Source: an uncultured Coprobacillus sp. (GTDB lineage Bacteria > Bacillota_I > Bacilli_A > ML615J-28 > CAG-698). From it: DNA of 64,000 bases. Position numbers and translations under genes: made by a program. How positions within the stretch are numbered: position 1 is the first letter of the stretch; every line of letters begins with the position of its first letter. Under the pieces are notes generated by a model. It ran no database searches and was not told the origin of the DNA. It saw only the letters and a program-made list of their open reading frames with translations. The DNA lies in the NCBI GenBank assembly GCA_964389905.1, contig CAYMGD010000002.1:84306-148305 (forward strand), in the 5' to 3' direction. Of this stretch, positions 41,042 through 52,275 are shown one piece after another.

Positions 41042-42331
41042 TTATTTATTAATGTTCATCTCTACTATACTATATTTAGGACCAAAATATCCATCTAATG
41101 AATCTTTTTCAACTGAAAAATGCATTTGACTAATTGCCTCATAGATATTACCTGCAACACTAAACCCAGTTACAGGAACTTCTTTTTCGCCATCAAAATA
41201 TACTCCTAAGCGCACTTCACCACCAAAGAAACCACTGAAGATATCAAGCTGAAAAGAAGAAAAGTTTGTGATTAATAAATATGGTTTTTCAAACATTTCT
41301 TTCTTACCTATGCTTCCTGTTTCAACTTTAATATTTCTAAAATATCCTGTAGGCTTTTCAATATCTAAATAGCTTGCATCTTTAACATTTCCCCAAAGGT
41401 TTATTCCCTTTCCATCTTTAATTATTTTTGTTTCTTTTAGTCTTGTTCCGTACTCATCAATTGGTGCAGATAAACTTGACCTTTCAAGATATGGAACACC
41501 TGTTATATTTAATTTATCACATTTTGTTCCTTGTTGAATTTCTTCACCAGTTTTGTAACGGTTCATGTTTCGATAAACCTTTCCATATTCGAAGTTTGAA
41601 GCAAAAAGTTTACAAATTGCTGCTGTTTCAAATGTACCTAAAATAACATTTGCTTTGTTTAAATTTAAGTTATTTTGAGCTTTTCCTCTTTTTTTAGCAT
41701 CTAATAGTTTATTGTTTACTTCGACAGTGATTTTATCATAATCGATATAACTTGAGGAAAGTGATAAATATAGTTCAACTTCTTCGTTAATGCCTTTCCA
41801 AGTGGGTATTACTTCAATAAACAAATTATATGTCGGATATGTAACTCTAACATTCTGAGAATTGACAAATTCATGTTCAGTAACTGACAAGAATATTTCA
41901 GTACTATTAATCCATCCTTCTTTGTACACATTTGCTTTAAAAACTGCTTCTGAAACTTTTAAAGCTTGCTTTTTTAGTTCATCCTTTTGAATATTAGTTT
42001 TATATTCTTTGATATCAATATTATCATTTTTAGGAAGTTCAAAATGTTTACTTTTAGAATACTTACATCTTTGGAGAGCTTTTTCAGTTTTTTCTTTGAT
42101 TTCTTCATCAGTTAAAGAACTACTAGCATTAAATGATGAAGATGTTCTTAGACCATCAATATCTTTATAAATGGTTACCTTTGCTTCATCAATATCTACT
42201 TCTCTAGCGGTTTCTAGTTTGTCTAGTATATAATATAATTCACAAGAAGTTTTAATTGTTGAATGGATATCAAAAGCAGTAACGCCTTCGTTTTGTTTTA
42301 TAATATTTTCTATTCTTTGAGTATTTGTCAT
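41042..42331 (-). CDS. pmbA: TldE/PmbA-family protein
   Basis: Coupled to tldD; DEYG, GFFGGEVRLG and PVTGFSVAGN; no HExxxH. Confidence 0.8.
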   Translation of the reverse strand: MTNTQRIENIIKQNEGVTAFDIHSTIKTSCELYYILDKLETAREVDIDEAKVTIYKDIDGLRTSSSFNASSSLTDEEIKEKTEKALQRCKYSKSKHFELPKNDNIDIKEYKTNIQKDELKKQALKVSEAVFKANVYKEGWINSTEIFLSVTEHEFVNSQNVRVTYPTYNLFIEVIPTWKGINEEVELYLSLSSSYIDYDKITVEVNNKLLDAKKRGKAQNNLNLNKANVILGTFETAAICKLFASNFEYGKVYRNMNRYKTGEEIQQGTKCDKLNITGVPYLERSSLSAPIDEYGTRLKETKIIKDGKGINLWGNVKDASYLDIEKPTGYFRNIKVETGSIGKKEMFEKPYLLITNFSSFQLDIFSGFFGGEVRLGVYFDGEKEVPVTGFSVAGNIYEAISQMHFSVEKDSLDGYFGPKYSIVEMNINK

Positions 42332-43719
42332 CCTAACTTCACTCTCGCTTTCAAATGTGGACCACCATCACTGACTCTTACCCACTCTTTATATCCTTTT
42401 CCACAGAATCCTGATCCTTCAAGCTTAAAAGCATCCGAAACCATTGTAATTGATTTTAGTAAATCTAAAACATAACCACTTAAAATTACTGGTGAAAAGA
42501 TTCTACCTGTGAACTTACCGTTTTTGATTTCTTTGGCATATTCGCAAACACATTGGATTTGCCAGTTCTTAGGATCTTCCATACCATTACTTGTTTCACA
42601 TAAGTAGAAGCCATAATCAATTGAAGCAATCATATCTTCTAATTTATCTGTGCCAGGGACAAAGAAAGTATTGGTCATCCTTGTATATGCTTTGTGCGTA
42701 AAGTTTTCTCTACGGCCATTCCCAGTTGGGATAGTACCTAACTGCATAGCACTTAATGCATCAGACATACCTGTGATTAATACTCCATCTCGTATTATTT
42801 CAGTGTCGTGAGCAAGTATACCATCATCATCAAAGAAATATGATGCAACCGATAATCCTGCAGCTGCTCCATCATGCATACTAACAATAGATGATGCAAC
42901 ATATTCATTCATATAATCTTTAGATTTGGCTCTGTTTTTTACTATCATATCCATTTCAACGCCATGCCCAAATGCTTCGTGAGCAATTAAACCTGTAATA
43001 GAAGGATCTGTTATCACATCATACTCACCTGGAACAATTGGTAAAGCATCAAGTAAGGCAATTGATAAATCACATGTTTCATCAACCTTAGTAAGTATTT
43101 CATCAATAGCATCTTTTGTATTAACATTACCTGCCACACTACGAGCTGATTTAATATTATTATCTTTTCGTGAAGCAACAACTAAATATGAGTTACACCA
43201 ATGGTATTGTTGTTCTAAATCTCTATTTTTAGTAATAAACATTTTAGTAACAGTAAAACCATCATACATTGCCACAGCATTAATGATATGTTCATCTTTT
43301 GTAAGGCATTCTTCTTTAGCCTGTGAAAGTTTAGAAAGAATATCTTCGATTGTCATAGATTTTTCATCATTACGAGAAAACTCTTTAACCATTGGATTGT
43401 CTTCAAGCATTTTAGCTTCAACTCTTTTGTCTTCTTTGATTTCAAAATTACAGATTTTTGAAGCAATTTCATCAATGCTTTCAGAGTTAAGATCATTAAA
43501 ACTATATTCTAAATATCCTTTGCCATCATAAACTTTCACAACAAATCCTCTTTCACACTCTGATGAATCAAGAATAGATGTATTATATTTATCAGTTCTA
43601 ATATTTATTCCTTGATTATCGACACCTAAAATTGAAGCATATTGGTACTTCTCATCAAGTTTGGCAATTAGTCTTTTACAGATCTCTTTTCGTTCACTTA
43701 AAAACTTTGTTAAACTCAT
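42328..43719 (-). CDS. tldD: TldD metalloprotease
   Basis: HEAFGH, TGNGRRE, RMTNTF, CGK and VSDGGPH. Confidence 0.92.
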   Translation of the reverse strand: MSLTKFLSERKEICKRLIAKLDEKYQYASILGVDNQGINIRTDKYNTSILDSSECERGFVVKVYDGKGYLEYSFNDLNSESIDEIASKICNFEIKEDKRVEAKMLEDNPMVKEFSRNDEKSMTIEDILSKLSQAKEECLTKDEHIINAVAMYDGFTVTKMFITKNRDLEQQYHWCNSYLVVASRKDNNIKSARSVAGNVNTKDAIDEILTKVDETCDLSIALLDALPIVPGEYDVITDPSITGLIAHEAFGHGVEMDMIVKNRAKSKDYMNEYVASSIVSMHDGAAAGLSVASYFFDDDGILAHDTEIIRDGVLITGMSDALSAMQLGTIPTGNGRRENFTHKAYTRMTNTFFVPGTDKLEDMIASIDYGFYLCETSNGMEDPKNWQIQCVCEYAKEIKNGKFTGRIFSPVILSGYVLDLLKSITMVSDAFKLEGSGFCGKGYKEWVRVSDGGPHLKARVKLG

Positions 43720-43769
43720 TTATATTCCTTTCTCAAAAATAATTAATTATTTATAATAATAAATTATTT

Positions 43770-46700
43770 TTATTTTATTTTTTCAACTGCAAATGAAACA
43801 TCTTCACCATTGATATTCCACTCTTTAGTGAAAGCTTCTTCATTTGGTTTATCATAAATGATTTTTTCAGCTAGTAAATCTTTCATAATACTATCTTTGT
43901 TCTTTTCAATAATTTCTTGAACTTTTTCGTTTCCGAATACATAGAAATTAATATGATCTACTACTTCAAATCCAGCATCTTTTCTCATTGTTTGAACTTT
44001 AGATACAATTTCTCTAACGTTTCCTTCTTCAATAAGCTCTGGTGTTAATTTAGTATCTAAAACAACATATAATCCTTTATCAAAGGCTACTGCATAACCT
44101 TCAGTTTTAAATGTTTCGATTAACAAGTCTTCTTTTGTTAGTTCGACTTGTTCACCATTTATATCAAGCACTAATAAATCTTTTTCATTAAGTTCTTTCA
44201 TTGCTTTATTGCCATCAATACTAGCTAAAGCTTTAGAAATGAATCCTAATAGTTTTCCATATTTTGCTCTTAATGTATTAAAGTTTGGTTTGAATTTATA
44301 TGTTGTGTACATATCTACACTACTTACAAATTCTACCTCTTTGACATTTAATTCATCTTTAATAATATCCAAATACAAATCATCAAGTTTTTCACCTAAA
44401 ACATACATTTTACTAATTGGTTGACGGTTTTTAATATTACTACTATTTCGAGCATTTCTTCCTAAAACTACTATATCTAAAACTTCATCCATTTTCTTTT
44501 CTAAGTCTTTGTCGATATATTCTTCTTGAATAGTAGGATATGTGCATAAATGGATTGATTCAGGTGCATCTTGGGCAACGCTTCGAACTAGGTTTTGATA
44601 TATTTCTTCTGTTATGAATGGAAGCATTGGACATATTGCTTTGCATAGTGTCACTAATGAAGTATAAAGTGTCATATAGGCATTAATTTTATCTTGTTCC
44701 ATTCCTTTAGCCCAGAATCTTTCACGGCTGCGACGAACGTACCAATTGCTTAAATCATCAATAAATGTTTCAATAGTTTTTGTACATTCAAATATCTTAT
44801 ATGATGCTAAACAAGTATCAACATCTTTTACTAAAGTATTTAGTTTAGAAATAACCCATTTATCCATTACACTTAATTTATTATAATCTAATGTGTATTT
44901 TGTAGGGTCAAATTCATCAATATTAGCGTATAACACGTAGAAAGCATATGTATTCCATAATGTTCCCATTACTTTTCTTTGTCCTTCAACAACTGCTTTA
45001 CTGTGGAAACGATTTGGAAGCCATGGAGCACTATTAGAGTAGAAATACCATCTAATTGCATCAGCACCATATTCTGCTAAAGCATCAAATGGATCTACCG
45101 CATTTCCCTTTGATTTACTCATTTTCTGGCCATTTTCATCTTGGACGTGGCCTAAAACAATAACATTCTTAAATGGTGCTTTATTGAATATTAGTGTAGA
45201 GATAGCTAGTAAAGAATAGAACCAGCCTCTTGTTTGGTCTACTGCCTCACTAATAAAATCAGCAGGGAAGTTATCATTAAATATTTCTTGATTTTCAAAT
45301 GGGTAATGCCATTGAGCAAAAGGCATTGAACCAGAATCATACCAGCAGTCAATTACTTCTTTTACACGATGCATCTTCTTTCCACATTTAGGACATTTAA
45401 TAGTTACAGCATCAATGTATGGACGATGTAATTCGATATTTTCTGGGCAATCATCGCTCATTTCTTTTAGTTCAGCAATTGATCCAATGGCATGACGATG
45501 ACCACATTCACATTCCCATACAGGAAGAGGTGTTCCCCAATATCTATCACGGCTTATTCCCCAGTCTTGAACGTTAGAAATCCAGTCGCCAAAACGTCCT
45601 TTGCCAATTGATTCAGGGATCCAATTTATAGTATTATTATTACGAACTAAATTATCTCTAACTTCTGTCATTTTGATAAACCATGATTCTCTAGCATAAT
45701 AGATTAATGGTGTATCACAACGCCAGCAATGTGGATATGAGTGTTCGTGTGTTGCAACTTTGAATAGTTTGTTTTCTTTCTCTAAAGCTATTAAAACTTC
45801 TTTATCAGCTTTCTTGCAGAACATTCCTGCCCATGGTGTTTCTTCAGTCATTTCACCTTTGCTATTTACAAGTTGTAAGAATGGTAAATCATACTTTCGA
45901 CCAACACGAGCATCATCTTCACCAAAAGCTGGTGCAATGTGTACAACACCTGTACCATCAGTTAATGTAACATATGAATCACATACTACATAGTAATGCT
46001 TCTTATCAAGCTTCTTAAATTCAAATAGTGGTTCATATTCACGATATTCTAATTCTTTTCCTAAATATTCTTTTTCGATTTCATATTCAGTTGGAATAAC
46101 ACTTAATAATGCTTTTGCAAGAATATAATGTTCTTCTTGTTCCGTTTTTTCATTTATTGTTTTAATTTTAACATAAGTTTCATCAGCATTAACACATAAT
46201 GCTAAATTTGATGGGAGTGTCCATGGTGTTGTTGTCCAAGCTAAATAGTAAGTATTTTCTTCATCTTTACATTTGAATTTAGCAATAGCTGTTTTATCTT
46301 TAACATCTTTATAGCCTTGAGCAACTTCATGACTTGACAAAGGTGTTCCACAGCGTGGACAATAAGGAACTACTTTAAATCCTTTATATAATAATCCTCG
46401 TTCCCATACTTTCTTAAGTGACCACCAAACAGATTCTATATAATTATTATCATATGTAATATATGGATCATCCATATCAGCCCAAAAGCCAACAGTACTA
46501 GAGAAATCTTCCCACATACCTTTGTACTTCCAAACACTTTCTTTACACTTCTTAATAAATGGTTCTAATCCATATTTTTCTATTTGTTCTTTTCCATCTA
46601 AACCTAATAATTTCTCAACTTCTAACTCTACAGGAAGTCCATGTGTATCCCATCCAGCCTTTCTTAGTATTTTATGACCTTTCATTGCTTGGTAACGAGG

Positions 46701-46904
46701 AATCATATCCTTAATTACACGAGTGAGCACATGTCCTATATGAGGTTTCCCATTTGCTGTTGGGGGTCCATCAAAGAAAGTATACGTTTTATCTGATTTG
46801 TGAATATCAATACTTTTTTGAAAGATTTCATTATCTTTCCAAAACTTTTCCACCTTTTTTTCTCTTTCGATAAATTTTAAATCAGTTGGCACTTTATTGT
46901 ACAT
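43770..46904 (-). CDS. ileS: Isoleucine--tRNA ligase, type 2 (IleRS2)
   Basis: HIGH, GWDTHGLP, WTTTPWTLP and KMSKS; C-terminal EGNVREIVSKVQTMRKDAGF without the type-1 Zn-finger; probable start MYNKVP. Confidence 0.96.
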   Translation of the reverse strand: MYNKVPTDLKFIEREKKVEKFWKDNEIFQKSIDIHKSDKTYTFFDGPPTANGKPHIGHVLTRVIKDMIPRYQAMKGHKILRKAGWDTHGLPVELEVEKLLGLDGKEQIEKYGLEPFIKKCKESVWKYKGMWEDFSSTVGFWADMDDPYITYDNNYIESVWWSLKKVWERGLLYKGFKVVPYCPRCGTPLSSHEVAQGYKDVKDKTAIAKFKCKDEENTYYLAWTTTPWTLPSNLALCVNADETYVKIKTINEKTEQEEHYILAKALLSVIPTEYEIEKEYLGKELEYREYEPLFEFKKLDKKHYYVVCDSYVTLTDGTGVVHIAPAFGEDDARVGRKYDLPFLQLVNSKGEMTEETPWAGMFCKKADKEVLIALEKENKLFKVATHEHSYPHCWRCDTPLIYYARESWFIKMTEVRDNLVRNNNTINWIPESIGKGRFGDWISNVQDWGISRDRYWGTPLPVWECECGHRHAIGSIAELKEMSDDCPENIELHRPYIDAVTIKCPKCGKKMHRVKEVIDCWYDSGSMPFAQWHYPFENQEIFNDNFPADFISEAVDQTRGWFYSLLAISTLIFNKAPFKNVIVLGHVQDENGQKMSKSKGNAVDPFDALAEYGADAIRWYFYSNSAPWLPNRFHSKAVVEGQRKVMGTLWNTYAFYVLYANIDEFDPTKYTLDYNKLSVMDKWVISKLNTLVKDVDTCLASYKIFECTKTIETFIDDLSNWYVRRSRERFWAKGMEQDKINAYMTLYTSLVTLCKAICPMLPFITEEIYQNLVRSVAQDAPESIHLCTYPTIQEEYIDKDLEKKMDEVLDIVVLGRNARNSSNIKNRQPISKMYVLGEKLDDLYLDIIKDELNVKEVEFVSSVDMYTTYKFKPNFNTLRAKYGKLLGFISKALASIDGNKAMKELNEKDLLVLDINGEQVELTKEDLLIETFKTEGYAVAFDKGLYVVLDTKLTPELIEEGNVREIVSKVQTMRKDAGFEVVDHINFYVFGNEKVQEIIEKNKDSIMKDLLAEKIIYDKPNEEAFTKEWNINGEDVSFAVEKIK

Positions 46905-46938
46905 ATTTTCCTCCTTGCATAAGTACATTAATATAAAT

Positions 46939-47190
46939 AAAACCCGTCCTAATTAAAAGGACGAGTATTTTCGACGAGAAATTCGACGATGATTTCGCTA
47001 ACCACCTATTTAATATACTAAATAATATATTTCTTTTGATAACGGTAAGATTCCGGCTATGTATACTATTACTTCCACACGCTGCTCCGAGGTGATATTC
47101 GTTGGTACTTTAATCAGTATAAGGCTCACACCATTCCTTACTCGCTTTAACCTTTCAAATAGACTACTGTCCTCTTCATTGCATTTATAT
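46939..47190 (-). ncRNA. Ile T-box leader
   Basis: AGTA, AGCGAG, GGTGTGAG, specifier loop GAAT-ATC (Ile codon), CCGTTATC, T-box AGGTGGTTAGCG, then terminator CGTCCT..AGGACG followed by a T-rich tail. Confidence 0.85.
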
Positions 47191-47299
47191 ATGTTTATTA
47201 TATTACAAAGTATGATAAAAGTCAAATTTTTTGTGACAATCTGTTTATATATTATGATATTATCATATAGTTTATATAAAATCTTCGATTTATATAAAT

Positions 47300-48787
47300 T
47301 TAATTATATTCTTTTGAGCATATCTTAAAGTACTCATCTATACTAGTTATCCCATTTAAAACTTTTTCTCTTGCATCGGTCATTAAATTTCCTTCGATAG
47401 TTTTTGTTGCTTTTGCTTTTATCTTAGTGTAATCTGAATCTTTATATAAAAGATTCTTAATTTCTTCGTTTATTATTAATATTTCATATATGCCTACTCT
47501 TCCTAAATATCCTGTATTATGACAAATAGGACAACCTTTTTTTTGATAAATTATTTTTTTCTCCGATAAATCTAAAAGCTGCATTTCTTTAGTACTTGTT
47601 AGGTGCTCTTCTTTGCATTTATCACAAAGTTTTCGAACTAGTCTTTGCGATATAACTGCTCTTAAGCTATTAGCGATTAAAAAGGGCTCAACGCCAAGAT
47701 TAGTTAGTCTTGTAATTGCTCCTATAGAATCATTGGTATGTAAAGTCGATAATACCAAATGACCTGTTATTGCAAGCCGCATTGCAATACTTGCTGTAAT
47801 TTCATCACGTATTTCTCCTATCATTATTACATTAGGATCTTGTCTTAAGATACTTCTTAAAATAGAAGAAAAGGTGAATCCTATTTTTTCATTTACTTGT
47901 ATTTGAGTTATTCCATAGAGAGAATACTCAACAGGGTCTTCTACAGTCATCACATTTACTTCTTCGTTGTTTAGTTCTTCTAAAAATGAGTATAGTGTTG
48001 TGCTTTTCCCACAACCAGTAGGACCTGTCACTAAAATTATTCCAGACTCTTTTTTTAATAATTCAATCAGCTTTGTTTGTCTTTCTTTGTCTAGACCTAT
48101 TTTGTCAATTGAAAAAGTAAAAGATTTACTGTCAAGAATTCTTATTACTATCTTTTCTCCATAAACACTTGGAAGGATTGATACTCTAAAATCATATTCA
48201 ATATCATTAATTATTCTCTTCATTCTGCCATCTTGAGGTAATCTGTTTTCGGTTACGTTAAGATTACATAATACCTTAATTCTCGCACTCAATGCTTCTT
48301 TTATTTCTTTATCAATTTTCATAAAATTAATTAAAACGCCATCAACACGAAATCTTATTCTTATTTCATTTTCTAATGATTCAATATGAATGTCACTAGC
48401 ATTCCTTGATGTTCCTTCTGTCAAAATGCTTTCAAACATTTTTACTACAGGTGCATTATTAAAATCTATATTAGTATAAACATTAGGGAATGTTTCTTTT
48501 ATATCTTTCTTAAAATCAATATCTTCTATTTTACTATTAACAATGCTATTTATTTTTTGTATTTTCTCATTTGGCGCTTCAAATATTATTATTTCATCAT
48601 CTAACAAAGCACTTATTTTGTCAATGGCATTTACATCATTTTTATCACTTATGGCACATAAGTATCCATTATTATTCTTTTGAAGAGGAATAATCTTATA
48701 TATTCTTATAAAGTCACTTGTAACTTTCTTTACAATTTCTTTTTCGTAATTTATGGTATCGATGTTAATATTTTCTTTTAAATTCAT
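47300..48787 (-). CDS. pilB: Type IV pilus assembly ATPase (PilB/GspE family)
   Basis: ASDIHIE, RLPQDGR, GPTGCGKS, EDPVEY, LRQDPNVIMIGEIRD, TGHLVLSTLH and two CxxC. Confidence 0.93.
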   Translation of the reverse strand: MNLKENINIDTINYEKEIVKKVTSDFIRIYKIIPLQKNNNGYLCAISDKNDVNAIDKISALLDDEIIIFEAPNEKIQKINSIVNSKIEDIDFKKDIKETFPNVYTNIDFNNAPVVKMFESILTEGTSRNASDIHIESLENEIRIRFRVDGVLINFMKIDKEIKEALSARIKVLCNLNVTENRLPQDGRMKRIINDIEYDFRVSILPSVYGEKIVIRILDSKSFTFSIDKIGLDKERQTKLIELLKKESGIILVTGPTGCGKSTTLYSFLEELNNEEVNVMTVEDPVEYSLYGITQIQVNEKIGFTFSSILRSILRQDPNVIMIGEIRDEITASIAMRLAITGHLVLSTLHTNDSIGAITRLTNLGVEPFLIANSLRAVISQRLVRKLCDKCKEEHLTSTKEMQLLDLSEKKIIYQKKGCPICHNTGYLGRVGIYEILIINEEIKNLLYKDSDYTKIKAKATKTIEGNLMTDAREKVLNGITSIDEYFKICSKEYN

Positions 48788-49986
48788 TAGATAGTACTTC
48801 CTATAATATTCATTATTGAAAACATTGGAATGAATATTGAAAGAACAACTAGTAATAATAATCCACCAATACCTATAATCATCAACGGTTCTATTTTACC
48901 TATTATTCTTTTTATTGCATATTCATATTCATTCGAAAAATACTTATTTAAATTTTCAAGTATATCTTCTAATCTCCCACAAGATGCTCCAATAGAAAAC
49001 ATTTCAATTAATTCTTGAGGGTAATAATTGATTTTTTTTATGGCAGCAATTACACTTATTCCTTCTTTAACTTCTTTTGAAGCAGCAATTAGTTTTCTTT
49101 TAAGGTATATGTTCCCTGTTAACTTGCCTAACGTTTCTATACTTGTTGCGACATTACTACCACTTTCTAAAAACATAAGCAAACCATTGCATAAATTTTG
49201 AGAATAAAACATTTTTAATGGTTTTGATAATAATGGTATTTTAATTCTCACATGATGCCATAAGTCTTTTCCCCATGGAATTTTAATTATGATTGCGAAA
49301 GCAACAAGTATTACTAATATAATATAAAAATATACCCAAATATTTTTTGTTAAGTGATTTGATATCTTTATCATTATTTCAGTAATTAATGGTAAATCAG
49401 ATTTTGCATCAGCAAATATACCCGTGAAAATGGGAACTATTTTTGTCATTAGCAAAACCAGAACGGCTATACCCATAACTAAAAGCAGTAATGGATATGC
49501 TATCGCTCCTGACAATTTCCTTTTGTTTTCTTTTGACTTTTCATAATAATTTGACAAATCAGCAAATGATTTTTCTAAATTACCTGATGATTCTCCTATT
49601 CTTATTACATTTAAGAAAAAGGCAGGAATATCTTTATATTTTTCTAAGGTGCTTGAAAAAGATATTCCTTCGTCAAGACCACTAATTCCTTCCGTTATAA
49701 TTTCTACGAGTCTTTTATTTTCGCACGTTTTTACTATTATTTTTAAACTTTGCACCATTGTTGCTTTTGATTTAAGCATTACTGCCATTTGATTACTGAA
49801 AAAAGCAAGGTCTTCTATTTTTAATCTATCATGTATTAACCTCTTTTCTTTGCATTCTTTATATGATACTAAGTATAAATCCTTTTTACTTAAGATTTCT
49901 CTTAACTCATTTTCATCTTTGCTAGTTATTATTCCTTTGTAAATACTATTTTTAAAATCTTTAGCCTTATATGTATATTTCTTCAT
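48787..49986 (-). CDS. pilC: Type IV pilus platform protein (PilC/GspF)
   Basis: GESSGNL, AYP and IEPLMI...IFIPMF. Confidence 0.9.
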   Translation of the reverse strand: MKKYTYKAKDFKNSIYKGIITSKDENELREILSKKDLYLVSYKECKEKRLIHDRLKIEDLAFFSNQMAVMLKSKATMVQSLKIIVKTCENKRLVEIITEGISGLDEGISFSSTLEKYKDIPAFFLNVIRIGESSGNLEKSFADLSNYYEKSKENKRKLSGAIAYPLLLLVMGIAVLVLLMTKIVPIFTGIFADAKSDLPLITEIMIKISNHLTKNIWVYFYIILVILVAFAIIIKIPWGKDLWHHVRIKIPLLSKPLKMFYSQNLCNGLLMFLESGSNVATSIETLGKLTGNIYLKRKLIAASKEVKEGISVIAAIKKINYYPQELIEMFSIGASCGRLEDILENLNKYFSNEYEYAIKRIIGKIEPLMIIGIGGLLLLVVLSIFIPMFSIMNIIGSTI

Positions 49987-49988
49987 TA

Positions 49989-50426
49989 TTATCCTCTTTT
50001 TTCTTCAAATACTTTATATGATATTACAAACTCTCCTAATTTGTACCTAAATTTATATGTTGCCTCATAATATGTTCCTTGAATTATCATTGTTGTGTAA
50101 TCAGTGTACTGCCCCTTTTCGGTACTTACTACATATCGCAAATTATTTTTCTCATAAATATCATAATAGGTCTTGTAATATGCAGGAGTACCATTCACAA
50201 GAACTAAATCATTCCCCAAATCAGCATCAAACTGATCTATATAGTAAAAATAGTTATGAACAAACATATCTATATCCATTTCTTCATACAACATATTTAA
50301 TTCTTTTCTGGTTTGTTTTACTCGCTTATTATATATAGTTATAACACTTGTCATCATCATTCCACATATCAGAAAAACAAAAACACCTATTATCGTTATT
50401 GATCCTTTGTTATTTAATTTATTCAT
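49989..50426 (-). CDS. Minor pilin-like protein (PilX/GspK-type N-terminus)
   Basis: NNKG-SITII hydrophobic helix lacking E5; within the pilus operon. Confidence 0.55.
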   Translation of the reverse strand: MNKLNNKGSITIIGVFVFLICGMMMTSVITIYNKRVKQTRKELNMLYEEMDIDMFVHNYFYYIDQFDADLGNDLVLVNGTPAYYKTYYDIYEKNNLRYVVSTEKGQYTDYTTMIIQGTYYEATYKFRYKLGEFVISYKVFEEKRG

Positions 50427-50802
50427 ATAACTTCACACATATTTCTTCTTTATTTTGGAGGAGTGGATATAACTTATTATCAAGGTATAAACTTATGTAA
50501 ATAAATTCAAAGTCATTTTTACTTTCTTTTCGTATTTTGAAGTAATTATTTGATTCTATTTCTTGTTTATTTCCCCTTTCATCAAGATAAACTAATGTAC
50601 CATCTTCATAATTTGTTTTGTTTTGAACAATATCAAAATATACTGTTTGTAAAGTAGTAGTAATTTGATATTCCTTTTCTGCTTTAAATATGTCTTTATT
50701 TACGTTAAACAATAAAGATATAAAAGATACAATAATCATTCCAACAAAAGTTATTGTTATAACCGCTTCTAATAATGTATTACCTTTATTGTATTTTTTC
50801 AT
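50419..50802 (-). CDS. Minor pilin with a prepilin signal
   Basis: NKG-NTLLE plus hydrophobic helix. Confidence 0.75.
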   Translation of the reverse strand: MKKYNKGNTLLEAVITITFVGMIIVSFISLLFNVNKDIFKAEKEYQITTTLQTVYFDIVQNKTNYEDGTLVYLDERGNKQEIESNNYFKIRKESKNDFEFIYISLYLDNKLYPLLQNKEEICVKLYE

Positions 50803-51613
50803 AGTGATAATTCTTTCTATTTATTAAACTCATAATACCAAGTTTTTCTGATATCATGTTTAAGCAAAGCCGCAAACCATGATTTTCGATTTCCTTTATC
50901 TTGTTATTATTTACCTCAGAATAAACGATTATATCTTTTGTAAGATTTTCTGATGATTGATAATAGCCATACAAGGAAACTATCCTTGTAATTATAGTTT
51001 CATCCATTTCTTGAGTTGCTGAATATTTTAAAACATCTTTTACGACAACATTTACTATATATTTTTCTTGTGTACAGTAAACAAATATATAAGTTGATTT
51101 ATTATATATTTGTTTTATTTGTTCATGTGTATATTCTTTAATGGCTTCACCTAGAAATGTTAATCCTTTAATATTAAATGGCAATGGTAGATATACTTTG
51201 TCGATAAAATCCTTTAGCTTTTTGTTTAATAAAATAACTTTAACATTGTAATATTCTTCTTTTTTACTTTTGCAAATATATTTTATATATTCACCATTAT
51301 ATCTTTTAGATATTTCCATTTCTATAGCTTTTTTGAATTCCTTAGAACTTATTTCAGGCAAAACAAGTTCATCTCTTATTAAGTTTTTAATATCAATTCC
51401 AATAATCAAATGAACATTTGTAAATTTTGCACTGGCAATAAAACTATAAATTATTTTACGATAGTCACTTATTTCTTTTTGAGTTAAACTATTTTTGCTA
51501 ACTGAAAAAGGCAATTTATCAACATACTCTACTGTTTTTTCATTTCTAACTAAATACATATCAAATATGTATTTGTTATTTCTTTCACTAATAATACAAA
51601 CAACTTTTTTCAT
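50786..51613 (-). CDS. Divergent PilM-like protein
   Basis: LIRDELVLPEISSKEFKKAIEMEI resembles PilM; located in the pilus operon. Confidence 0.5.
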   Translation of the reverse strand: MKKVVCIISERNNKYIFDMYLVRNEKTVEYVDKLPFSVSKNSLTQKEISDYRKIIYSFIASAKFTNVHLIIGIDIKNLIRDELVLPEISSKEFKKAIEMEISKRYNGEYIKYICKSKKEEYYNVKVILLNKKLKDFIDKVYLPLPFNIKGLTFLGEAIKEYTHEQIKQIYNKSTYIFVYCTQEKYIVNVVVKDVLKYSATQEMDETIITRIVSLYGYYQSSENLTKDIIVYSEVNNNKIKEIENHGLRLCLNMISEKLGIMSLINRKNYHYEKIQ

Positions 51614-52062
51614 TATTCCACATAAAAGTAGTAAACTTTTGAGTATTTTTTTTGATGCACATCTTCGAAGGTCAGAACTATTCTTTCTGACGTTTTATCA
51701 ATTGCTAATGACTTTAGTTTTTGAAAAACAAGTTTAATATTATCACGTACTATTGTTATGTTTTCTTCTTCTGTAATCGTCATGTAAATTGTTTTGCCAA
51801 TGTATAGTTCTGTTATTTGGCGGTAGTCTTCCGAAGTTTCACCTTTCAGTATTTTTTTGTTTTGAAGCCTTGCATCTAAAATAAATTCATCAAAAGTTTG
51901 TTTTAATGTATCAATCTCTTCTTTGATTATTTCATCATCTTTTATTTTAAGATATATATTACTCATATTATTTGAAATACTCGCGATGAGAGCTATTAGC
52001 ACTGAACAAAGTGCTAACGATGTTACAAGTTCTATTAACGTGAACCCTTTGATACTTTTCAC
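51613..52062 (-). CDS. Minor pilin with a prepilin signal
   Basis: KG-FTLIEL. Confidence 0.8.
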   Translation of the reverse strand: MKSIKGFTLIELVTSLALCSVLIALIASISNNMSNIYLKIKDDEIIKEEIDTLKQTFDEFILDARLQNKKILKGETSEDYRQITELYIGKTIYMTITEEENITIVRDNIKLVFQKLKSLAIDKTSERIVLTFEDVHQKKYSKVYYFYVE

Positions 52063-52275
52063 TTTTCACTCCTCCTACATCTATAATATCATTTAATTTT
52101 TTTACTCTCAACTCTTTATGAAGAATTTTTTAAGGCTTTTTTATAGTTTTTAAGTTCTTAAAATTTTTTTTATAAATTGTTTACCAATGCATATTTTAAT
52201 CTTTTTCTTTTCCTTGTTTTTTACATCTTTAATTTTTTTTAATTTCAATGTATAATTATTCATGAAGGTGATTTT

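Noticed and set aside
47010-47328. Short ORFs 47010-47225 (-) and 47059-47328 (+)
   Set aside because: They overlie the T-box leader and its promoter
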